64,000 nt of DNA from Glycera tridactyla. Its lineage: Eukaryota. This document shows positions 1-12,261 of the stretch, one piece after another. Numbering within the stretch: position 1 is the first letter of the stretch; each line of letters begins with the position of its first letter. The position numbers and the translations under genes are program-made. The DNA lies in contig OZ286475.1 of the NCBI GenBank assembly GCA_965644265.1, positions 14,756,001 to 14,820,000 of the forward strand, written 5' to 3'. Below the pieces are notes generated by a model, which had not been told where the DNA came from, did no database searches, and saw only the letters and a list, made by a program, of their open reading frames with translations.

Positions 1-22
1 GTATGCAGAGCAGTCTCCTAGT

Positions 23-238
23 CAGGGATAGGCTGACACTGTGCCCTGTGCTAAAAGGCACATGAAGTTTGAAAAAGGCACATAGATACATTCACTATGT
101 GCCTAAAGGGCACATACAGTCCAGTGTACTTTGATGATACTATATCATTTTGGGCACATAAAGAAGTGAAATGGCACATGAAGTATACATAAATGTGCCT
201 AAAAGGCCCATACATCTTCCCTAGTCAGGAAATCCCTG
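23..238 (+). mobile_element. MITE with CAGGGA...TCCCTG termini and 6-bp TSD (hAT-like)
   Basis: Starts CAGGGAT (23) and ends ATCCCTG (238), flanked by CCTAGT on both sides. A related host repeat at ~3115-3240 lacks the insert. Homologous copies at 1244-1455 and 16797-17012. Confidence 0.75.
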
Positions 239-1243
239 CCTAGTGTACAGCATTTTGTCTTCACAGGAAATCCATTGCTTTTTTCACCAAAAAGACTGTA
301 TTTTCCATTCTATGTGATGACAGTGTTCTGATTGAATTGATTTCGGATTTCCACAATCAAATGTCTATTTTAGTATTTTGTCAGCGAGATCGATCGATAA
401 TCAAGTATACTTGATAATCGTGATGTCAACACTATGACAGGCAGCAGGGAAATTCCTGGGTAGAGAGGTGAATGAGACAAATGTCCCATACAACCTAAAA
501 CCAATGGGACAATTCAGAGCTTGATGAGACAATTTCTCACTCATCATGAACAGAATGCCAGATACTCAACACTTCAGTCTTCACACTGAAAGATCTCACA
601 GTGAACAGACAAGTTAGTATCAGGGAGTACTCAGAAGTAACACAAAGTGAGTGAAATTCTCGCACCTGATGGACCTCTGATCAAAACCAATGGGACAATG
701 TGTCACAAGTACACAATGGGACATTTGAGAATTCAATGAGAGATTCTCCCCAAATCTCGCTCCAGGAATATCCCTGCAGGCAGCCACTGAATCAGTTGAT
801 ACCATTATGTGATATGATGAAATCCACTGATAATTCCCTGACCTTCATCGTGTAAACGCCTGACATTTCCTGACATTTGGCAAGTTTCAATTATCCCCAA
901 CACTATATGAAATCTGATGACAATTTCCTCTCTTCTGCCCTGGCTGGAATTTCCCCGACATTTCCCTAATGGGTGGACAGACCGCAAACTGTTTTACACA
1001 TTTATCTCTGCGACACAGATTAGTCCAGGCTCTGAATTAGTACATTTGAGGAGACCTAGGACATAATTTTAGAGCGCTCAGCTCAGAAATGGGTCAATGA
1101 ATGTTGTAATATTTCACAAACGGGACGAGTGAATATCGCAATTAAAAAATTCGCCAATTACGAGCATATAAGCTGACCTCTATAAATGCAGGAGTATTAT
1201 GCCTAAACAGCCAAGATTCTGGATCAAAAAGGGTAATCATTAC

Positions 1244-1455
1244 CAGGAATTTTCTTCTTGCTCGGGAATAGGTGTGGGTCTTTCGGGCACATTGATGCAG
1301 ATTTTATGTGCCATTTCGGATTTGTGTGCGCCTCAGACCATGTAACCATATCAAAATATGGAAAATTCCAGGTGCATTCTGGGCACGAGATATATCGGTT
1401 AATGTGCCCTTTCACAACTTTATGTGCCATTTGCCACAGCGCAAAATTATCCCTG
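1244..1455 (-). mobile_element. Second copy of the same MITE family
   Basis: Reverse-complement similarity to 23-238 and 16797-17012. CAGGAAT...ATCCCTG termini, flanked by CATTAC on both sides. Confidence 0.75.
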
Positions 1456-2050
1456 CATTACTCTGAAATCATAATGCTTGGCGCCTCTGCACATGGAGTG
1501 AACTCGCCAGAGTATTTTGGGTAATTAGGGAGTCACCCACTAGTAATTCAGGTGATTAGGGAGTCACCCATGGAAGTCACCACAGATTGTAATTGAAAGC
1601 TCATCCAGTCAGTTGAAGCACAGGTGAGCTGGCCAGACGGTGGACCCAGCTGCCATGGCAACCCGTAAACAGTGATGTATGGGGGTGCTATATTTAGCAG
1701 ATGGCCCCTGCCACGGCAACAAGCATCATCGTCCTCACGAGGTGACGGTTGGAGATGATGATGCGGCAGCTGCCCCAGCCTCCAGCAGGTGACAGATAGT
1801 CGGTTGCCACCCCTCAACTTCCATTTGGTTTGGTTTGGTTGGGGTTTAACGACATCAACCCAAAGAGCAAACGTTTAAACCTAGATCAAAGGTTCGTTTG
1901 TTTGATGTTTAATGATGCGTATCATCCCAGAGGATTATGTATGCCGTGTCTTCCTGGTCAATGAAAGCTAGATGTTCTCTCCTCTGCAGTTATCACTCTC
2001 ACGAACCCCGAACACACCAAAATTGGAAGTAGCAGACACACTTCTAACTA

Positions 2051-2152
2051 CAGTCGAACCTCACTATAAAGACCGCTGTCAGTCGCATCATAGGTGGTCT
2101 TTATTGGGAGGCTGTCTTTATAGAGAGGTGGTCTTTAGAGGAGGTTCGACTG
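2051..2152. mobile_element. Tc1/mariner-pogo-type MITE (TA TSD)
   Basis: TA|CAGTCGAACCTC...GAGGTTCGACTG|TA. Related partial copies near 2201, 4715, 5655 and 29521. Confidence 0.8.
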
Positions 2153-4243
2153 TACTTTTATACACATGTTGAATTACCAGCAGTTGCGAATCCCAACATA
2201 CAGTCAAACCTCTCTATGAAGAGGTCATTTACTGTTGAAAATATTACCACGGTTGCAGCTCAGGGTGGTTTCTATAGGGAGGTGCTCTTTAGATTCCCAA
2301 TTTTGGTGTGTTCGGGGTTCGTGAGAGTGATTACTGCATTTGATATCTATTCTGCTGATGCCAGTTTCATTTTGTGGCGCAACTATCTATTTCACGGTGG
2401 ACTTGCCCAGCGCAGTATGAAGCGATATGTTTGCCAGTTGCTAAGCAATCACCCAGGACAACATCTAACAGACCCAAGTCAGTTATGACTGATGCATGAA
2501 CACGTGACCCCGAGGTCCGTACTCAGCGCTCACTGCCAACGGATATGGCGGAATATCACGATTGCGCCACCGTGACTAGCTCCGACAACTCTGTCATGCT
2601 TCATACAGCCAGGCCATCTCCAAATTCAAGGACTTTTCAAGGATATTTCAAAGCCGCAGTGTTGGGTCTGAGGTATAACTGAAGAGAGACATATGTCTCG
2701 CTACTATTCAAAATTTGAGACAGTTGAAACAATTATGAAACAGATGTTACAAGTGTTTGCTCTGGGGTGTGACTGAAGTGAGACATTTGTCTCACCACAT
2801 CAAAGCAGAGCTTCAGATTTTTTGACAGGTCAGTGGGCCCATAATGGCCCATGAACTAGAAATGACATGGGTCAAAACTCAAAATCATGGGCCATCCACT
2901 ATTTATCAATAGTTAAAAACAATAAAAAAGCTGGGCCAGAAGACCCATAGTAGGTTACATCAATGGTAGTGTTGGCAATCGGTTGCATTTTGAGAATCGA
3001 TCATTGGTTCGCCCAACTGATCAATTATCAATTATAATCGGTTCGCAACACTGGCACCACAACCACTACCTTGTTTCACCAATCTTTTTGTCTCCAGAAT
3101 CATACATATACACACGTGTATGCAGAGCAGTCTCCTAGGGTATAGGGTTTGTTTTGGGTGGAGCAAGATGACAACATTTTGACTTCACAGGAAATCCATA
3201 GATTTTTTCCATCAAAAAGGCTGGATTTTCCATTGAAATATATGAGCTGATTTTGTTCCGATTAAATCAATTCCACATCTCTGCAATCGATGGTCTATTT
3301 GGCTACCAAGTTCGATCGATAATCGGGTGATAATTGATAATCGTGACACCACTAATCAATGGGCCAAAAAAGCAAAAATATGGCCCCATCAGCCCAAACG
3401 CTGCTAAAATCAATGATTTCTCATGGACTTTTCAACACCAAGTCATTCTCAAGGATTTTTCAAGAAACCTGCATCCTGCATTGAGATTGAGCTAACACAC
3501 TCAACAGAAGACAGGAGGGATGTGATTAGCCGACAACCGCAAACTCTGAAAACCAGTGGGGGGGGGGGGGGTGCAGTTTTTGGCAAGAATTTTCATTGTA
3601 TAAGCCCAATACCTGCTGACCAATGGCTACAATATCTCAATACAAACTTTGCGCTTTATCTTCACTAATTCTACTCCCATTCTAATGATCTAAAGGTTGA
3701 AATAATAACAAAATGCTCATTCCTGTCACCTGCATAATTTGCTGCTGTTGGGATAGGGAAAAACAAAAATTCTGCAGATCAGCCAAAAAATCATAACGCT
3801 GAAGACCGGGAAGATTGAATTATACAGCACACATGCCCACAAAATTATGGAAAATGGAAATGAAGATTGAGACACAGCTGAATCTTGAATCCAACTGTCC
3901 AGCATAGATGCTAAGACGGACAAAAATGGTAGCAGTGTCTAATTCAAAGAGTAGCAGTGCCAGTGGTTGTGATGGATTCAGGAATAAGCAAAATCCCGAT
4001 TTTGCAGAGCAACATCACCTGTCACAAAATTGACCTAATTTCGACCTACAGAGAGTAGATACTACTCCAAAATCCTAGGGGTCGGCATCTGTGTTCAGAC
4101 GCGTAGGTGGATTTCCGAACTATACATGAATTTGTAATCAGTCGCACGCGCCCGAGATCAAGACCATCTCGGACTGCGCGCAGCAATAACATCCATTTCA
4201 ATCTCAAGCACACATGCAAAGTATGAAATTGACATCGTCTTAC

Positions 4244-6622
4244 CTGGAACCATCACTTTAACGGATGCGGTGTGAACGACTCCGTCAATGTCAACGCTAT
4301 ACATCAAGCGATATTCGCCTGACGCTCTGATCGTAAGATTTCCTCCCGTCGTATCTCCGCCGTGATTACAATCATCGCCGTCAGGGCCCGTTCTAGATAA
4401 TGATCCGTTACTCCCGACTTCCGCTTCCCCTTCCCCTTCTATAACCTCCACAGCAAAGCCTTGATCAATAGGTATAAAATTCGCCCCTGAGTAACTCCCG
4501 GCGAGAACGTAATTTGTCGAGAAATTGAAAGGCTCTAATATTATCGTATTACTGTCGACATCTCCAGTGAATGTTTCCTCTTGGAAGTCGATGCTCACCG
4601 ATACAGCTGGAAACAGAACAAGACAACATGAGACTCTTATAGAGCAATGCACAAATGCCATTTATATGATGAAATGAAGTTTTTTAAACATCCCTGTTAA
4701 TCTTCCTACGCTATACAGTGAAACCTGTTAAGAGAGACCACCCTTCTATATGCACGGTGTTAACTACAAGCCAGCCAAAAAAGGGTGTCCAATTTTTTTG
4801 CTGGAGCAAGGAATATAGTGCGGACGACAATTTCCTGTCAGAATAATTATGCAGACGAGGTCTCTCAGCATGTCCTGAGATATCATCACACTGTGAACTG
4901 GGAGCTTTCCTAAACGATGAATTATATAACCCCTTCAACTCATGTTTTATAATCCTGGCTTCACCTCTGGTCACTCACTAACTGTAGGACATAAAAAGCT
5001 TACCATCAATGGTGAACGTATCTCTTTTTTCGCTTTGCCGAGTTTCCCCATCCGTGATTAAGCACTGATAGGTTCCATTCATGTGACAGTTGAGGTTCAT
5101 CGTAAGCGTGGCCTCCGACCATTCGCTCGAACCATCCGGACTTAAGATCAACTGACTCTCATCAGTTACAACAGAGTCTTCAAATTCTGGGGCAGCTTCG
5201 GACGCAGACTTTGTTTGTGCATAAACTTCCCGTGAATTCGAGTCTGTTGACCAGAGAACTGAACTGAATGTACTCTCTGTCAAATCAAACTGGCATTTAA
5301 AAGTCACGGTTGCGGGACTTGTGGACATCGTCGCTTGTGGCAATATTTCGAGTGAGGATCCAAACTCGGTATGTATTTGACCTACAAAAGAAGAAAAACC
5401 TGGATCAATGATCACATTAACACGAAATATATGTGCATATCTACACACAGTTTCTGGCAGGGATGCTGAAATAACCGATGTACAACAATTAGGGCTATTC
5501 CATGACAATTGATAATTACTGTTGGTTCACCTTTTCTTGTTGGCACCTTTTTTTCCAGATAATTCTCTGGAATATGCACCCAAGTGAAAAAAAAAGAGTA
5601 ATTTGCTGGAAGCAGCTTGTACACAAAAAATGGAGAACTGAATGTAGCCATATACAGTCAGACCTGCTTGAGACCACCTCTCTACAAAGACCACCCCTAG
5701 TCAGCAACTTGTCTACTACAACAGTGAAGCCACGAACACACCTGTCCGTTTTGCGACGTCAGAATTCGGATCAGAATTCTGAAGGCTATCAGAATTCTGA
5801 CAACAGTGAACACATCAATTTTTCAGCGATACAGAATCGCACTCGACACCTCGTTTCATCCAGAAGTACAGTTGAACCTGCTATAAAGGGCACCTGTATC
5901 AAGCAACCACCTGCCTTGAGCAACCACTTTTGAAAATCCCTCCAGAGTATTTCTCACTATATTTAACCTGTATTAGACAACCACCTGTCTTAAGCAACAA
6001 CTTTTCACTGCCCCAAGGGTGGTTGCTGAATACAGGTTTGACTGTACATGTTATTCAGCGTCCGAAGTCTGTCAAAATCGCTCCCAGCTTGAATGATTCG
6101 GATGTGGATTCGGATACGGACAGGTGTGTTCGGAACTGATACAAACCTACAAGTACAATTTTTTCTGATGATGTCAAGATTCTGATCCAAATTCGGATGT
6201 CAAAAAACGCACAGGTGTGGTGTTTGGGACTCAAGACCACCCCTGGTGTGATTGAGACTATTTGAGGGTGGTCTCCGCAGCCTGGTTTGATAATACATAA
6301 AAGGAGGGAAAATTCTAATAGACGTGTCACTTAAACTTGGCCAAGGTGATCAAGATCCCCAACCCCCTGAAGCTCGACTAACAGTATTGGATGAGTAACA
6401 TATCTCTCACCCAGTACAAAATCCCCGGCTCTTTAGAAATGAAAGGTGCAAAAAACAAGGCAAATTACTGTCAATACACATCTGTCAAACTCAAACCATG
6501 GGTTTCATCCAACAAAAAATACATGCTGGAAAACCTTACTCACCTGTCACTCTCTGTATCACTTCTATAAACACGAAAACGGAAAATATCCACGATTTCG
6601 TCGCACGTTGCACTCCACCCAT
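4244..6622 (-). CDS. Partial multi-exon secreted or cell-surface Ig-superfamily protein (signal-peptide exon plus two domain exons); probably continues left
   Basis: Exon 6544-6622 (MGGVQRATKSWIFSVFVFIEVIQRVT, donor CAG|GTGAGT, phase 1). Exon 5004-5381 (378 nt, phase 1-1, acceptor ttttcttcttttgtag, donor G|GTAAGC) has an Ig V-type pattern: FKC...VLW...GTYQC. Exon 4244-4606 (363 nt, phase 1-1, acceptor ttgttctgtttccag, donor G|GTAAGA). The start codon is uncertain because upstream in-frame Met codons exist. Confidence 0.75.
5655..6295. mobile_element. Three nested MITEs
   Basis: Inner TA|CAGTTGAACCTG...CAGGTTTGACTG|TA at 5869-6044 lies inside an element with ~55-bp imperfect TIRs (~5726-6232), which interrupts a pogo-type MITE starting at 5655. 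Outer right end approximate. Confidence 0.6.
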
Positions 6623-6902
6623 CGCTGTACATTTACAATAAGCACCGCTCACCAAATCAACAACTCGCTGACACACCTCCATCATGTTTCTCAAAACGTA
6701 TCCACACACTGTCCTACAGTATTTACACTCGCCAAGCTGAGAACGTCGTCTTTTCTCACATGCTAGAATTGCTTCAGCGTCTCTACCATATGGTGTCAGT
6801 GTCAAACTGGTGAATGTTCAGCCTTTAGTGGCCTGAGACACGGATAAACAGTGAGTAATTTCACTCCCACAGCTCATCCACCAGGAATTTAATCGAACCG
6901 AG

Positions 6903-6957
6903 TGCGCATGCGTGTATTTTCAATTGCATAGTTGCCGGACTTGCCACCAGATGACAG
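6903..6957. promoter_or_regulatory. NRF1-like (TGCGCATGCG) and CTCF-like (TGCCACCAGATGACAG) motifs upstream of the Ig-domain gene
   Basis: Motif matches by eye at 6903-6912 and 6942-6957, about 300 bp upstream of the signal-peptide exon. Function not shown. Confidence 0.35.
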
Positions 6958-7399
6958 TTAGAGGCTCAACGCCGCAGTGGCGACCTCTCGTGTTAATATA
7001 TGGAAACAGACATGGCAGGCCATTCGATCATGCTGGAGATCCAGTTTGAAGACTATCAGACAGAACATATCAAATACCGTACATTCCTCCGTAGGTGTTC
7101 TTGTATTTATGATGTTGTTGTTGTTGCTGCTGCTGCTATTGTTGTATTATTCATTTTTGACGTCACAAACCTAGGTTTGAACCATTGTTTTTGCAGCTTG
7201 AAAGCCAAGCTTCCAATTCAGGTTGATGATGGCTATGAATGATGGCTATGAGTATCTGAGCTCAATGATCTAACAAAATGACCCAGAAAACAAATTCTCT
7301 GTTCCAGCTCAACAATATATCACCCTAGAAGCTTATGTATGCCGTGTGTTCCTGGTCAATGAAAGGTTGGGAACTATACATGTCCACCATTATCTAATC

Positions 7400-9702
7400 G
7401 ATCCTGCAGGGCAATGTAGTCTTGATTAACTGTCGAACCACCAGTCATGTACCAGCGGGTAACAAGTTCAACTATGATAAGGGCGACTTCTACGGTCTTC
7501 AGGAGGATTTGGACATAGGATGGGAGAATGAACTTGACAAGATAGAAGACATCAACTGCAAGTGGAACTTCTTTGTGACAAAATACCTTGAGGCTGTCGA
7601 CACCCACATACCAAAAAGAAAACCTCGTAGAAGGAAGCCACATGAAAAAGGACCGCTGGACAAAAAAATCCGCAACAAGATCAACAGAAAGGACAAACTA
7701 AGGAAAAGGCACCTAGGAACCAGAGATGAGGATACAGACAGAGAGTACAAGAGAGCTAGCAACCAAGTGCGCCGACTGACAAGAAATGCGGAAAAGCTAC
7801 GGGAAAGGGATATCGCCAACAACATCAAGAGCAACCCAAAAAAATTCTGGGGATATGTCCGTTCCAAGCAGAAGACACGCACAGGAGTCCCAGACCTGAT
7901 CAATGACCAAACGGGACAGGTGACCAAGGGAGGCGAAGAAAAAGCGGAAGTGCTGGCGGCCTATTTCTCATCCGTCTTCACGAGAGAGTCAGATGATGCA
8001 TTTGATGAACCAGCAAGTAGGTGTGAGGTATTACTAAATGACTGTGACATAACACAGGAGACTGTGGAGAAAAAACTCAAACAGCTGAACATCTCGAAGG
8101 CACCCGGCCCCGACGGCACCCACCCACGGATACTACGTGAAGTCAGGCACATTCTATGCAGACCGTTAGCCCATATCTTCAATGAGTCACTGCAGAAAGG
8201 GGAGCTACCGGAAGACTGGAAAAGAGCCCATATATCCGCAATATTTAAGAAAGGCAACAAGCAACAAGCGGGCAACTACAGACCAGTGAGCCTTACGAGT
8301 ATTGTGGTCAAGGTGCTGGAAACCATCATCAGAGAAGCGATCATGGAGCATATGCGAGCCAACAATCTATTTAGCAACAAGCAGTATGGTTTCATCCAAG
8401 GGAGGTCTACTGTACTACAACTTCTGACAGTCCTGGACAAGTGGACCGAGACGCTAGATAGAGGAGGGGAGATTGATGTTGTGTACTGCGACTTCCAGAA
8501 AGCGTTCGACAAAGTACCACACAGAAGGCTAGCAGCAAGGGTACAAAGTTATGGAATCTGTGGCAACGTCCTGAGATGGATTGAGAACTTTCTCTATGGA
8601 AGACAACAACGTGTTCACATCCAGGAGCACTTCTCCAATTGGCACAGTGTATTGAGCGGAATTCCACAAGGCTCGGTGCTCGGACCATTACTTTTTGTGC
8701 TCTTCATCAACGAGCTACCCTCCGTCTCCATCAACAGTGATATATACCTCTTCGCTGACGATCTCAAAGCTTTCACACCGGTGTACTCACCTCAGGATCG
8801 GACTAACCTACAAGGTGACCTGGACCGTATTTATGCATGGACTGAGCCAGCACTCCTCAAATTCCACCCCGACAAATGTAAGGCGATGACAATTGGAGCT
8901 GTGGTACAACCAGAACTGACATACACCCTTGGGGGCAACCCACTAACAACCGTTGATCGAGAAAAGGACATCGGGGTGACAATCGACACCAGCCTGACCT
9001 TTGAACGACATACATCTGAGAAGATCAGCAAGGCCAACCGTATATTAGGACTCATCTCAAGGACCTTCACCTACAAAGACAAACATGTACTGGTCACTCT
9101 ATACAAAGCCCTTGTACGACCGCACCTAGAGTATGCTAACCAGGTATGGGCACCTAATACGGTCAAGCAAATAACAGCACTCGAGAATGTGCAACGTCGA
9201 GCAACTCGGATGGTACCAGGTCTAAAGGAGAAGAGCTACGAAGAACGGCTCAGGAACTTAGGACTGCCCAGCCTGGCATACAGAAGGCTACGAGGGGATA
9301 TGATAGAGACTTACAAAATAGCAACAGGGAAATACGACCCAGAGGTTACCAGGGACCTCCTCAAGTTCAACCAAAACGCCACGAGAGGACACCCTTTCAA
9401 AATCTTCAAGGAGAGAGCCAGATTGAACCTGAGGAAAAACTCGTTTTTCTACCGGATAGTGGATCCATGGAACAGTCTGATGGAGGATGTTGTCAGTGCC
9501 CCCACGATTAAGTCATTTGAGAGTAGACTGGATAACTTTTGGAAGGAGCACCCACTGAAATTCAATTACAGGGCATCACCCGCGCATGCACCCCAACACC
9601 TAGGTACCATCGTTCAGTCTAAGGAGCTGGCATTAGAGGCTGTTGAAGCCTAGTTCGGGCCAGAAGAGGACCTGTAAGTAAACCTGTAAGTAAACCTGTA
9701 AG
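7400..9702 (+). mobile_element. 5'-truncated CR1-clade LINE
   Basis: RT ORF without an endonuclease domain. The 3' end is a tandem repeat (ACCTGTAAGTAA)x~3 at 9670-9702. The 5' junction is approximate. Confidence 0.9.
7422..9653 (+). CDS. LINE ORF2 reverse transcriptase (C-terminal 743 codons, uninterrupted)
   Basis: Motifs KAPGPDG, YRPVSLTS, QYGF, DFQKAFDKVPH, GIPQGSVLGPLLF, LFADD, RPHLEY, VQRRATR, RRLRGDMIETYK, TRGH, WNSL, typical of CR1/L2 ORF2. Confidence 0.95.
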   Translation: MINCRTTSHVPAGNKFNYDKGDFYGLQEDLDIGWENELDKIEDINCKWNFFVTKYLEAVDTHIPKRKPRRRKPHEKGPLDKKIRNKINRKDKLRKRHLGTRDEDTDREYKRASNQVRRLTRNAEKLRERDIANNIKSNPKKFWGYVRSKQKTRTGVPDLINDQTGQVTKGGEEKAEVLAAYFSSVFTRESDDAFDEPASRCEVLLNDCDITQETVEKKLKQLNISKAPGPDGTHPRILREVRHILCRPLAHIFNESLQKGELPEDWKRAHISAIFKKGNKQQAGNYRPVSLTSIVVKVLETIIREAIMEHMRANNLFSNKQYGFIQGRSTVLQLLTVLDKWTETLDRGGEIDVVYCDFQKAFDKVPHRRLAARVQSYGICGNVLRWIENFLYGRQQRVHIQEHFSNWHSVLSGIPQGSVLGPLLFVLFINELPSVSINSDIYLFADDLKAFTPVYSPQDRTNLQGDLDRIYAWTEPALLKFHPDKCKAMTIGAVVQPELTYTLGGNPLTTVDREKDIGVTIDTSLTFERHTSEKISKANRILGLISRTFTYKDKHVLVTLYKALVRPHLEYANQVWAPNTVKQITALENVQRRATRMVPGLKEKSYEERLRNLGLPSLAYRRLRGDMIETYKIATGKYDPEVTRDLLKFNQNATRGHPFKIFKERARLNLRKNSFFYRIVDPWNSLMEDVVSAPTIKSFESRLDNFWKEHPLKFNYRASPAHAPQHLGTIVQSKELALEAVEA

Positions 9703-10214
9703 ATTGATTGATTGATTCATGTATCAGAACAGAAGATTCTGTATATCGCGAGTTCCTGGTCAAAGAAAGCTAGAGCTTATCTCCCCTTCATATATCACTC
9801 TCACAAACCCTGAACCCAAGATGATGGGAAACCTGAAAGGTTGAAAAAAGTACCAACTTGGAGGATTATGCGTGCTACATGTCCCAAGTCTCAAAAACCT
9901 AGACATTGTCCCCTGCAGGTATTACATTCACCAAACCCGAACACAAGATAGATATAGGTGGCTAGGTGGATGTAGCTGACAGTTCAGACACACCTCTAAT
10001 TATCCAACATGAACATGGTGAACCTTAGTGTTGTTACTCGTGATGATTGTCAGCTACTTTAATGCGTTGCATTTAATTTCGTTCACCATTCTATGTTGAT
10101 ACAGCAGGAGAAACAAGAAAAATATAGATAATTTTTCCATTTTATATGGCTCATAAGGGTGGAATGGTCAAGTCAAACCATTATCATATACTCTGCATGG
10201 TGCGTGTTAACCAG

Positions 10215-10560
10215 CCCAGATAGCAATCTGACGTCGGGCCGACGTCAATAGACATAGGCAACGTCGACGGTCATTCCGCGGACGTCGGCAGTATGACGTC
10301 GGTCTCTCGACGTCGGTTTGACGTCGTTTTGACGACTGATGAATACATTTTATATCTGTCTGATATACGACGTCTGGCCGACGTCATACCCAGTAAACAT
10401 TTTACTACTGGGCCTCAACTGACGTCAGATCAACAGCGTGTTGCCAACCAATAATTTTACAAGTAATTGGTCAGATTTCGACGTTGGCCCAACATTGATC
10501 CAACGTTGGCAATTCGACGTCAGAATGCCAACGCCGTAAGGACGTCTGCCTGCCGACGGA
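10215..10560. repeat. Left TIR plus subterminal GACGTC repeat array
   Basis: At least ten GACGTC hexamers plus near matches within ~340 bp. Confidence 0.9.
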
Positions 10561-12261
10561 TGACCCTTAATCAATTTTTCCGTGGGAGGCTGTACAGGCG
10601 TGCCCGTTTGAGTGTGCGCTGTGCATTGCAATCAACCTGCCCATGAACCCTCCACTGAGCTGGTAGATAAATGGTTTAGAAACAATTTTTTTGCAGGGTA
10701 GTCGGTTAGACACTGGCCATGCAATCTCCAGGTCAGCGGTTCAAATCTTCCTATTGCCGATCACCCCCGCGCTCCGGACTCAAGTGCGGGGAGCACGGGA
10801 GCGAGAGGCGAATGACGTACTCCCCGTACTCTGGCGATTCCAGCTGCCTAATATGTTAAAAAGTGAATCTGCTTGTGAAAAAGTGTCTTTATTGAAAACC
10901 AGAATGCCAGCCACTTTATACTGTAGATGTATGCTGAGATATTGATGGTCCAGCGTGGCCTACTTGGTTGGACGCTGGCCATGTGATTGATGGGTCCTGA
11001 GATCGAATCCGCTGCCAGATACAAAACTTTTCACTCAGAAACATCTTGATTTTATCTTTAAATTCATTTTGTAATGGAGATATATCCATTTGGGATATCT
11101 TATTTAATGTTCTGAATGAAAAAAACAACATATCATGTATTTTTTGTCATGAAAATCATTCAGTCGCTCCGGGGAATAGAACCCATACTCTCATGGTAAA
11201 ACACCTTCCCGTGCTCAGCGAGCGGTACATTCACATCAGAGACTAACACCGCCCCGTAATCAATTGCAATTATGACGGGCACGGCATGTGACAGTGATAA
11301 TGTGAGTCATCCCGTTATTTGAATAACCTTATACTGCTCCATATGACTAAAATGGCAACAGTTTCTGGGTGAAAAGCTGTGCTGACTCACTTTTCAACAC
11401 TTCAAGTTGCAAAATTATAAATCTTAGATAAATCAAGATGTTTCTGAATGAAAAGTTATTTTCACTTTAGCTGATTTGAACCAGCGACCTGTGCATTACT
11501 TTGCCAGCGCCTAACCAACTAGGCCACGCTGGAACACCCTAGTCCAACTTATGATAGGCCACCAAGATTGTTACACTTGAATAGACTGCCAACTACCAAC
11601 TGGCAGCAATGGGGATAGAAACGCTCGGTGGGGGTTAATCGTCCATAACGCGGGCGGTGAATCGTCCAGAAAAACCGGCGGTGAACTGTCACGGGTGGTG
11701 AATCGTCCTGAGACCATGCCTCTCCAAACCCTAGCGGAGATGGCGGGAACCAGCCAGGCGACCACCTAGCGGGATTCTTTCCCGCGTCACGCGCCAATAG
11801 CCTCACTTATCCAATCGGCAGCTGTGCGTGTGACCGATCGTAGCGCCATCCGAGTCTGCAGCACTGGAGATTAGCCGCGCAGCCGACCGCAGGCGGTTTC
11901 ATTTCGGTAATCAGGGCAACTTTCTCTTTCAAGTTTTGTCAATTCCAGAAGTAGCTGGTCAGTATAATTTTCGTGTGTTCGATCGGGCAGAGTGGGCGTT
12001 TTTTTTTTATTATCGTTGACAATTATTCGCAGGCATATTGTGAAGGTGAATTTGCGATGTTTTCCGTCGGTCTCTTCACTGGGGCGGTCTCGGTGCCAAT
12101 GTTTTCCTTCGGTCTCGTCACTGAGCAGTCTCAGTGCCGCAGCTGAAGTGCGCCTCCGTTGTCTCTGGCATGACTGGGAATGGGACACAAGTTTCAAGTG
12201 ATCTGCTAGGGCCAACGATCTTACGAGGTGTGTTGCAGAATGTCGCCCGAAGTACTTATTA

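Noticed and set aside
7374-9070. Minus-strand ORFs overlapping the RT, and short antisense ORFs over the transposase, SGNH and protease genes
   Set aside because: Shadow frames of real coding sequence, with no recognisable motifs.
10389-10412. CCCAGTA...TACTGGG mini-hairpin as a 24-bp EnSpm remnant
   Set aside because: The flanks (TA/CC) do not form a TSD and it is too short to distinguish from chance.
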